Shown: piece after piece, positions 1-9,800 of the stretch
Position numbering within the stretch: the first letter of the stretch is position 1
Layout: the number at the start of each line of letters is the position of its first letter
Source of the DNA: a virus
Taxonomy: Duplodnaviria; Caudoviricetes
Virus record (IMG/VR): IMGVR_UViG_3300035529_000008
Span: 1 to 47,746 of that record
Direction: 5' to 3' (one strand)
DNA: 47,746 bases
Notes under the pieces: model-generated
Databases searched by the model: none
What the model saw: only the letters and a program-made list of their open reading frames with translations
Told to the model about the DNA's origin: nothing
Translations under genes and position numbers: made by a program

Positions 1-30
1 GTAAATAGTTTTGTAGTATAAACTATTTAC
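1..30. repeat. Inverted repeat / hairpin
   Basis: gtaaatagttt (1-11) pairs with aaactatttac (20-30). Confidence 0.6.
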
Positions 31-68
31 TATACGCTGGTATATGGTCATATCTTAATTCTTAACTC

Positions 69-103
69 CATATATCAGTATAAGCAGTTTATACTGATAT
101 ATG
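69..103. terminator. 15-bp hairpin, possible terminator or processing stem
   Basis: catatatcagtataa-gcagt-ttatactgatatatg perfect stem in non-coding DNA. Confidence 0.55.
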
Positions 104-136
104 TCATTGGAACTACTTAGATTCTTTAAAATTGAA

Positions 137-213
137 GGGTGGTGGAATTTGCTATAGAAGTAGTAAACTACTTCTATACCGTACGATTGAAAATCGTAGG
201 AAAGGAGCCGCCC
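137..213 (+). ncRNA. Candidate three-way-junction structured RNA or 5' leader
   Basis: gggtggt (137-143) pairs with gccgccc (207-213) using two G.U pairs, enclosing hairpins 153-178 and 182-198; lies just upstream of the RBS of the gene at 232. Confidence 0.45.
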
Positions 214-231
214 ATAAGGGGTATATATCTT

Positions 232-807
232 ATGCAAATTGGTAATTATTCCGTCAATACTATCAAAGATGTTACATCGAGTATAGGTATTGGCAACATT
301 GGACTTTATGGAAAGCCCAATACTATTACAGAATTGACTATTGACAATACAGAATTTAAAGCTGTATATGTGAAAGAAGTAACTGATGATCAATCTATCT
401 TTTATATATTTAAATTCGTTAATGAATATAAAATCTATAAAGATAGTGTTTGGAAAACTATTATCAAAGATGATGCTGGAGTTTTTAAGTATCTGGATAA
501 TACAGATACTCTTGTTCCTGCACCTACTAACACTCTTAATGCTGCATGTGTAGCTGCTGTTACCCTCTCTACGAACCAGATGACTAAAGTAGATATCGAT
601 ACTCTTTCTGAAGAAGTATTTTTATCTAACACACCTGAAGCTATTGATGTTATATTTGGTCCTGACAGTTCAGAAAATGGTATACTGGAACTTGCTACAT
701 ATGCAAGTAAGACTGATGTAGTACCTGAAGGTAAAGATATCAAATGGCGTATCGTTACACTCGGAGATGCTACGGTGAAACTTCGGGGTGTCCGTATCAA
801 GTGGTAA
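232..807 (+). CDS. Hypothetical protein (possibly virion-associated, beta-rich)
   Basis: ORF 139..807; ATG at 232 preceded by aagggg RBS is the likelier start; followed by a hairpin at 822-858. Confidence 0.75.
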   Translation: MQIGNYSVNTIKDVTSSIGIGNIGLYGKPNTITELTIDNTEFKAVYVKEVTDDQSIFYIFKFVNEYKIYKDSVWKTIIKDDAGVFKYLDNTDTLVPAPTNTLNAACVAAVTLSTNQMTKVDIDTLSEEVFLSNTPEAIDVIFGPDSSENGILELATYASKTDVVPEGKDIKWRIVTLGDATVKLRGVRIKW

Positions 808-821
808 AGATCAAAGTATGT

Positions 822-858
822 AGAGTATACTCCTCCTTAGTCAGGAGGAGTATACTCT
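822..858. terminator. Bidirectional terminator-like hairpin between convergent genes
   Basis: agagtatactcctcct-tagtc-aggaggagtatactct, 16-bp perfect stem. Confidence 0.8.
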
Positions 859-904
859 TATATATTTATATTACTTAGTATGTCCATATAATAAGGAGAT
901 ATTA

Positions 905-1081
905 CTAATCTGGATCTTTAGTCATATTCATTAAAGTCATTTTGATATTATCAGTAAATCCCCCATCTATCAATTTTCCATTGGCATCTACCATACTGCG
1001 TTTACTGGCTAAGTATTCTGATATCTGTTTATTGCTATCATCAGACATAACCCCATTCATAGATACAGTATCGCCGTCGTA
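905..1081 (-). CDS. rpoC: Virion RNA polymerase beta'-like subunit, exon 2
   Basis: Minus strand from 1081 reads YDGDTVSMNGVMSDDSNKQISEYLASKRSMVDANGKLIDGGFTDNIKMTLMNMTKDPD* (TAG 907-905); joined to exon 1 (...LKGLTGD) it restores the DxDGD catalytic motif. Confidence 0.9.
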   Translation of the reverse strand, partial: YDGDTVSMNGVMSDDSNKQISEYLASKRSMVDANGKLIDGGFTDNIKMTLMNMTKDPD

Positions 1082-1485
1082 CCTTTGTGTTCATCTAAGA
1101 TCGTTACTCTCAGACCGCACCATTACGTGCAGCTATAGGATTTCCCTATAGAGCAGACCATATCTTCACCCCTCTATTAACTACAGAGTAGGGTGCCTCT
1201 CACTTCCACTCTACTTAGAGTGTACATCGTGGTAAACGATTGGTCGTTGAACTTTCACCCTACACTATCTAGTAGGCTCTATCTCATTACAAGAAGAGGA
1301 GTAAGTATGCTTACTCAGCTTAGCTGCTGATTCCCCATTGTACATATCTAAACTTTTCAAACATTCACGCTTATCATTACTGATTACGTTGTAGTGTTTA
1401 GACCTTTAGGAGTTTCCAGCAATTCAAGAGGGTTTCTTCATGATATTACTATCATGAGAGACTATATTAGACATTAAGCCCGTTT
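1082..1485 (-). mobile_element. Group I self-splicing intron (IA-like, no homing endonuclease), 404 nt
   Basis: 5' exon ends in U (GAT, 1486) and intron ends in G (1082); core motifs on minus strand: P aattgctggaaa (1424-1413), Q aatcagcagc (1332-1323), R gttcaacgacc (1252-1242), S aagatatggtct (1166-1155); P7 GACCA/UGGUC, P3 cctctt/gagagg, P7.1/P7.2, P8 and P9 hairpins visible. Confidence 0.92.
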
Positions 1486-2958
1486 ATCACCTGTTAATCC
1501 TTTCAATTTACAAAAATGTAATACTAAACTATCAATATACTCATTACCCAATATCGGATATTCTGGCAAAGTAATAAATGCATCTTCATCTGTCATCAGT
1601 TTTAACTTGACTACTCTACTAGGATCAGTTGTAATCAAATGTACTCGACTTGGGTAACACGATTCACTATTCAATACTGGATATCGTGTAATAAACACAT
1701 GTTTACCTAAAGTAGCTTTATATGTAGCAATATACATCAACTCTACCCAAGTCATAGGTCTAACACAAGTCATATCGATTTCATTCTCATCTTTTCCATA
1801 TATAGTTTTTAGATCATCTATATTTCTAAATAAAATAAGTTCATCATCTTTGTCATATACTAGATATAAGTGGTAATATTTTCCATCAGCACCTTTCATA
1901 TCTACAGGTGCATCTCTCATAGTTTTATTTTTAAATTTGTTAATCATAGTATCGATAGCATCAGAAGCTGTAAATTTTTCTACTTCTGAACTATCCACTT
2001 CTACATATATCAACTTTTTTGTTTTCTTATCGACTAGAGGTATTTGTGTTTCTCCACTACTAAAGATAGTATCAAATGCACCAACTTTTAAATGATATTT
2101 TACTAAGGGCATAAAAGCTTTCATGGTTTGATATAGTGGGCATTTGGTTTCATCATGTTTTAAATATGTAGGATCATCTGTACTGGTAGCTTTGAGATGT
2201 ACAGCAGAGATGACATTTCGTGTACCTAATGCAATCTTTCTCGAACCAACAGCTCCTTGTAAAAATCCACGTTTTCCGGTTAAGATATTTTCTATATATG
2301 TATATAGTTCATATACTTTTTTCTGTAGATTCATACGGATACTGTCATAGAGTGGATTATTTGATCCTGGCACTAACCTACTAGTAAAACTCATAATCGT
2401 TTGATAGATCTTATTGATATCCTCTTGAGAGATCATACCATTCTCATTTTTGATATCTCGTATACCTGCAGGGATAACTAAACATTTATTAATAGTCAAA
2501 ATATCTTTATACTTAGTTAACATCTGTATCTTCTGTTTACGTTTAGCAGATCCAGTATCTTCAAATTGGATTTTATCAAAATGATTCATAAAGAAACTAT
2601 ACCCAGTATCTCCATCAGGATCGTCTACATCACATCTAATAATATCTCTTTCTTTTTCATCAAATTTAGCATAGACATTACCCAACATCACTTGACCATA
2701 CAATTGCTTTAATTGTAAAATTGCTTTATATACATAAGGTTGAAATACTCTAGTATTTAATCTAATAAAAGCAAATCGAGACATACGATCAGGTGATCCT
2801 ATTTGTCCAAATATTTCTTCAGAAAATAACCCTTCTGGATGGAAATTTGTACTACTTGCAGACATGATACTATAAGATTTAATTTCTTGAATATTGTTAG
2901 TAGAGATATACTTATCTACATCTAACAATTTTGTATTAAATGGCTTTTCTGGAATCAT
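1486..2958 (-). CDS. rpoC: Virion RNA polymerase beta'-like subunit (phiKZ gp180-like), exon 1
   Basis: Motifs GLFSEEIFG, VIPAGIRD, GKRGFLQ, GTRNVIS, ITRYPV; next to gp181/gp182-like genes; spliced product 549 aa. Confidence 0.92.
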
Positions 2959-3034
2959 ATAAATTACCTTACCTGTATTGAAAAGTTATATATACATATA
3001 TCCTTTATCTTACCATATAGTATGGAGTTTTCCT

Positions 3035-3814
3035 ATGGATAATAATTTAAAAGAATTAAATGAAGCATGGTTTTCTACTAAGTTAAGTTCACCTAATCAT
3101 ATTTATTTGGATCTTAAATTATTTAAAGATATCTATTTGGGTACTATACTCGATATGATATCTACTCAAGAAGAATATGATTACATATATAGAAATCTAA
3201 AAACATATCCTTTTAGATATATAGATAAGTTATCAAGATGTTTTCCAGATCTACCATTTACTGATAACGAAGTAGAAGAACATTTCCAAACTATGAATCA
3301 TGATAAACTCCTACAAATTTCACCAAATACAATATGCTTTGGGGAATTTCTTCATCGTGTTATGGAGATTAACAATAAGACTGCAGTTAAGCAAGATACT
3401 AATCCTGTAAATTTAACTATCAATACTTATCCTTTGATTTTATCGAAACCTATAATCGAACGTATGAGTGAAGCATTTGGTGACATGTTTGCTATGGATA
3501 TTTCTATCATCAATAAAGATATAAATGATATTCCATTAGAGGAAATGCTTACATATGAAGAATGTTTTATCTATGATCTTAAAAGTTTACTTGAAAATTC
3601 TATATACAGCCAAGCTTTTACTGATTTGAAATTTGAAGACATTGCTATATACGCACCAAGACAAATAAAGTCTTTGGAAGTATTGGATATTTTAGATGAT
3701 TCAGAAAAACTAGAATCTGATTTTTTAGTAACTGAAACCTTTCTAAAATTCATATGTAAATTTACATATCTACCACCTCTATTCATATTGATAGATAAAG
3801 AATCGAAGGAGTAA
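3035..3814 (+). CDS. Hypothetical protein
   Basis: ORF 2978..3814; ATG at 3035 with ggag RBS; followed closely by the next gene. Confidence 0.8.
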   Translation: MDNNLKELNEAWFSTKLSSPNHIYLDLKLFKDIYLGTILDMISTQEEYDYIYRNLKTYPFRYIDKLSRCFPDLPFTDNEVEEHFQTMNHDKLLQISPNTICFGEFLHRVMEINNKTAVKQDTNPVNLTINTYPLILSKPIIERMSEAFGDMFAMDISIINKDINDIPLEEMLTYEECFIYDLKSLLENSIYSQAFTDLKFEDIAIYAPRQIKSLEVLDILDDSEKLESDFLVTETFLKFICKFTYLPPLFILIDKESKE

Positions 3815-3817
3815 CGT

Positions 3818-6800
3818 ATGGCACATAAAGATGATATACCCGAAGGGGTTGATAATCTTGATCTTGATAATTTAGATAAACAAACTGAAGTAGATAGTGA
3901 TTTCGATTTCGATTTTGAAGAAGATCAACCTAAAGGTGATAGACAACCTATAGATGATATTAAGAAAGGTGTATCTGAATCTCTATCTGATGGGTTTGAT
4001 CTTACTAAAGTAGGTAGTAATATAGATACTAAGTTTCCTAATACTACAAAACTCATATCGACAGCTACAGATACTGTATCTGATATAGATAGGATGCGTA
4101 CAGATGTAGTAAAAGATATTGCTCCTACTATCAATCAGATGAAGATTACAGGTAGGAGATTATTACCTAAAGTTAAAGGTATTTTACCAGAGAATGTATA
4201 TGGTAAAGTATACGATAAGCTCAAACCGAAAGAAGAAGAGTTGAATCGAGAAGATGCTATAGAAAAAGGAAGAAGTGAACATGTTTCTCAATCTATAGCT
4301 GCTATCTTTAATGCTCAACAGAATCAAGCTCTAGAAGATAAGAAAGAACAAAAAACTACCGAATATATAGATCGAAGTATAGGCGAATCTCGACATAGTG
4401 ATATTACTCATTTACTATCTTCAGTCAAGAGTTATGCTCGAGTAAGAACAGAATTTACCCAGACAGCTCTCAGAGGATATCTGATGAAGAGTCTGGAACT
4501 CAAATATAAACACCTATATGTAGCTAAGGATACATTAGGCATTACCAAAGCTTTATTGAAAGTCATTGAAAATAAGTTAGAGAGTATCAAATACAATACG
4601 GCATTACCTGATTTTGTAAAGAAGAGAAGTATAGAAGCTTTTAAAGAGCATCAACGAAATGTATTGATGGGAAAAGCTACAGAAACTATTGGAGATTATA
4701 CTAAAAATTTCCGCACTAAGTTAATGTCTAATATTGGTAAGAAAGTAAAAGATACTACAAATTCTCTTATTGGCAATCTGAATACAGTCAACGATATGGG
4801 AGACATGTATGCCAATATGAGTGATATGAATGAAGAATTTGGCGAAAAGCAAAGTACGTTAACTAAGTTATCGAAATTTGCTGGATCTACTGCTATCGGT
4901 ATGGGTATTAAGAAAGGTATCAATAAAGCTACAAGTGTAGTAGGTCAATATGGTGGAGATGTAGAAAAAGCTTCTGAAGGTGTACGTAGAAAAGCTGTAT
5001 ACAACATCAATGATTATGTTAAAAATTCTGACAATCCCATAGTCAACTGGTTAAGTGATCTCATTCCTACACTCGAAGAAGAACGTGGTAATATATCTAA
5101 GACGTTAAAGGATAATGCATTAGAAGAAGTACCTTTTGATGTATTAACGCGACGAAGTATTATTGAAGTCATTCCTGGATACTTAGCTAAGATCCTACAA
5201 CAGACTACAAATATAGCTACAGGTACATCTGATACTGAAGAACTGACTTATGATTTAGATTCTGAATCTTTTATGGGATTATCTGAAGCTAAATCTAATA
5301 TGATGCATAAGATTTTCGGTACAGCAGAAGATAGAAAAGCTGAAGTAGAAGAAGGTCTACAGATGTTACTGGGTGGATATAGTGCACATGGTCATGATGA
5401 AGGTGACGTATATGATCAGATACCCGAATTGACTAAAATACTTACTAATATAGCTAAACATGGAAAGAATATAGATCATAAACAGATAGCTAAATTAGCT
5501 AGAGGCGATGAGTACGATAGTAGCTATATCTCATCAATATTTAAAGATGTAGAAAATCCTGATGAGTTAGCTAAAGTACTTACTAAAGCCTTTTATGATA
5601 CTTCTGGAAATAGAGATATTGATGTTACTGAAGATCTTGATGCTTTTACTAAACGACTTGCTATTGATAGGGATGATAAATTACTTAAAGAACTAGATCA
5701 AGTAGGCGGTTTAGGTAATAAACAATTGTTTGGAGATATACTCGATAAGGATGGTAAAGTAGATCATAGTAAAATCAGATCTATCTATGGAGATATTAGT
5801 GATGTAGATATCGATATCTCTGGTGCTAATAGGTATAAGGATAAACTACTCCAAAATCATGCTGGTAGGTTTAATTCCGAACAAAATCGACGAGAAGGTA
5901 CTATTCGTTCTGAGGGAGCTGTAGATGCCGACAGAATGGATAGTGAAATATACGAACAGATGTTTGGAAAAGATTCTCTATATGGAGATATCGATCAACC
6001 CAAGCAGAAAGTATCAGATGAAGAATTCCTCAATAATGTATACGAAAATGATCTAGTCAAAGAAGATCTCATTGATCAACTCAGAAAAACTGGAAATCTA
6101 TCTAAGAAAGATGTAACTAAATTACTATCCGGTAAAAGTGAAAAGACTCAAGAACAGATAGTTGAATTGATCAATCAAGTCAAACTCTCTAAGATGAATG
6201 CTGAGTTTAGAGCATCTTACGATAGTGGAGATGATGCTCTATTTAAAGATCAAGATAGGCGTAGTGAATCTGAAATCATTGAAGATTTTCTTAAAGGTAC
6301 AGATGCTGTTGCTGGAGTACTTAAGAAAGCTAGTACCAAATTGACTAAATCATTTTCCGATTTTAACAATAAAGTAACAGAAGCTACAGGAATAGATGCT
6401 AAAAAGACTATCGTTACTACTACTAAAGATCTCCAGTCTGAAGCACAACAAAGACTCAAAGATATCGATAAGTCTATCGCTGAAGCTACTGGTATCGGTA
6501 TAAGTGAAAAAGCTCATGAAGGTATTGACTATACAAAGAAGAAAGGTAAAGAAGCTCAAGGTTATATTAAAAATAATGAAATGATACAACAAGGTATCAA
6601 GCAAGGTAAATCTCGAGCTAAAAATGCTTTTCAGCATACCGATCAAGCATATAAACAACTCAAGAAAACTGAGTTACCAGATATCTCTGATACAGTAGAA
6701 TCTACTAAACAGTTTGCTAGTGATAAAGTAAAAGCGGGTGCTGATCATATAAAGCATGAAGTTACTCAAAATGAGTTTATGAATGCTTATGCTTATGGAG

Positions 6801-9800
6801 AAGATAGTCTATTCCAGAAAGATGATCCTAGAGATGTAGCAAGAGCTAAAACTCGACAAAATATAGATGAAACTAAAAATGTTGTCCATACTGCAGTAGA
6901 ACATACGTTAGCTACTTTACAAGAATATGAAGATAAAGATTATCGTAAAAATAAGTTAGATGATCTAAGTAATCGATTTCGTAGTACATATAATCGATTT
7001 ATGCGTAAGCCAGCTACAGATGAAAAGGATGAAGTAGTAGATAAAACTGTCGACACTTTAGATAAAGAGACTGTATCTAAACCTGAAGTAAAAGATACGC
7101 CACATATCTCAGGTCCTGGTGTATATGTTCAAGGATCTGAACATGAGATGCATATACCTCTCGATGAATCTTCTATCTATTGGAAACAGTTAGATAAAAT
7201 CATCACACAACCGATCACTTCATCTATATCAGAATTACAAAAAGCTACAGTATCTACACCTGCAGAAGATCGTGATGAACTATTACAGATAGTTAGAGAG
7301 ATTAGAGATACTACTGTAGAATATCTTCCTAATGTAGGTACTAGTAGTAGTGATAAGGGTGAAGGTAAAATATCTAAAGCTAGAAAGACTGTATTTGGTA
7401 CTGCTAAAAATGTTACTTTAGGTACAGCTGAACTTATTCATAAATTAGGATCAGATGCTTGGAAAACATCAGGTAACTTAGCAGTTGGTGCTTCCAAGAT
7501 GATTGGAAATTCTTTAGGTGGTGTAGGTAAAGGATTGGGTGCTATCGGTTCAGGTATGGGTTCCATTATTGGTAGTTCTGCTGATGTGTATGGAAATATA
7601 CTCAAAGGTGCAGGTAGTCGAATCAAGAGTTTCCTTACTCCTTCTAGTAAGAAAACTGAACCTACATATATCAATGTATATAGAAAAGATGAAGTAGAAC
7701 CTGGAAAACCTATCTTGACTGCCAGAAAACAACGATCTGGTGTAGTATTTGAAGATGGGAATATTCTAGAATCTACTGATGATATCACTGAACCTATATT
7801 TGATTCGGAGTCTAAAGAAGTATTGATTACTCAGCAAGATATCGAACACGGATTAGTAGATATCAATAATGAAGATATAGGCAAAGCTGTTAGTAAAGAA
7901 AGAAAATCTGCTAAAGGTGGTGGTATTATCAAGAAAGGTCTATCAATGGGATTAGGTGGCCTTGGTAATATTGGTAATTTACTTATGGGCGGTGCTGGAT
8001 CTTTAGGTCAAATGTATAAAAAGATGTTTGATTTAAGTATCGGCGGACTCAAAGGTGCAGGTGGTATAGTAAAAGATAAATTATTTGGTGGTACTAAGCT
8101 CAACAAAGCGACAGTACAAGAATTAGTCACTGATCGATTAGATAACATTATCAAAATACTCGATACTCGATTAGAGAAACCTATTAGTGGAGATACTGAC
8201 GGAGATGGCGATAGAGAAGGTAGCTATCAAGATTATATGGATAAAAAGAAAGAGAAATATGGCGGAAAATCTACTACGAGTCGATTTAAACGTATGCGTG
8301 ATTCCGCAAAGAGTAAGTTAGCTGCTGCTGGCGGTTTACTTTTTGGTAATCGCAAAAAGACTGATGATGACGATGAAGATGGATTTGATATGTCCGAAGT
8401 AGCTGCTGGTGGTTTAGGTGCCAAAGCTGGATATGATTACCTAAAGAAAAAATTCGGTAAATGGTTCGGTAAGAAAGGTGCTGAAAAAACCGCTAAGACT
8501 GCTAGTAAAACTGTACTAAAGAAAGGTGCTACTACTGCAGCTAAGAAATCTATATTTGGTAGAGTAGGCAAATCTCTTTTGAGAAATAAGAAGTTAGCAC
8601 CACTTGCCGCATTAGCTGCATTCGCTGGTATGAATATAGGTGATGATGATGCTGAAGCTGATACGACAGATAGTGTCGATCTTGCTGAACATCTCAATCA
8701 AGAAAGTGATGTAGATAGGGATGGAATCGGTGGTAAGACTGCAGCTTTAGGTGCTGGAACTGCAGCAGCTGCCGGATTGACTACTCGAGCTATAGCTAAG
8801 AAAGCAACAGCTAAAAGTGTCGATAACTTCACTACTAAGAGTATAGGAAACGGTATCGATGCTGGCATCCAAGTAGGTAGTAAAGGTATAAAAGCTGCTA
8901 GTAAAAAATTAGGAACTAAATCTGCTACACAAATGGGTACTAAAGTAGTAGGTAAAACAGTAGGTAAATCTCTCCTTAAAAAGATCCCATTGTTAGGAGC
9001 AGTTGCTGGTCTAGGATTTGGATGGGATAGACTTAAAGATGGAGATATCTTAGGTGCAGTTGGTGAAGTAGCATCTGGGGTAGCAAGTATCATTCCAGTA
9101 TTCGGAACTGCAGCTTCTGTAGCTATTGATGGGTTATTACTTGGTAGAGATATCAAGAATATCAAATCGGATATGGATAATTCTCCTAGCATGCAAAAGT
9201 TGACTACTGTTAGAGCTGAAGCGTATGGTATTCCACTAAATAAAGAATCATTAGACAATATGTTAGCCTTAGAAGAATGGCTTATTCCATTACTTGAAGA
9301 TCCAGAACCGATCGATGAAGATATAATGAAAGGTTGGGCTAAAAAGTTTGGATTTGATCCTGATGATGAAAAACATTTCAATTTCTTTCTCGTCTGGATG
9401 AAACGCAGATTTTCTCCATTACTTTCACAATTCTATCACTTACTCAAACATGGGTATGAGATGGATATGAACGATATGGTAGATCTGAATGAGACTCAAA
9501 CTAAGAGTATAATTGCTCAATTTAAGAAATCATCTCAAGATATCGTATCAAAGAATTCTAATCTTATTCCTACTATTCAAGGATTTAAGTTACGATTTGA
9601 TACAAGTGTTAAAGCTGAAAGATATAGAAGTAGAATAACTACTAACCAATCATATCCAAGTACTGTCAAAAATAAAACACTTCCACGTACTCAACAACAG
9701 TCAGGATTTGTTCCTAAAACTAATCCTACTATCGTCACTGATGATCCTATGAAACTTTTACATAGTCGAATAGGTACATTGTCAGCTCGATATGAATCAG

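Noticed and set aside
137-214. tRNA gene (7-bp closing stem, about 77 nt, T-loop-like arm)
   Set aside because: No D-arm, no 7-nt anticodon loop, no TTC, and 8 extra nt between the last arm and the closing stem; kept only as a generic structured RNA candidate
942-1151. 69-aa plus-strand ORF as an intron-encoded homing endonuclease
   Set aside because: It is antisense to exon 2 and the intron, too short, and has no HNH, GIY-YIG or LAGLIDADG motif
1474-2958. Beta' gene as a truncated pseudogene lacking DxDGD
   Set aside because: The missing motif is restored exactly by removing a group I intron at 1082-1485
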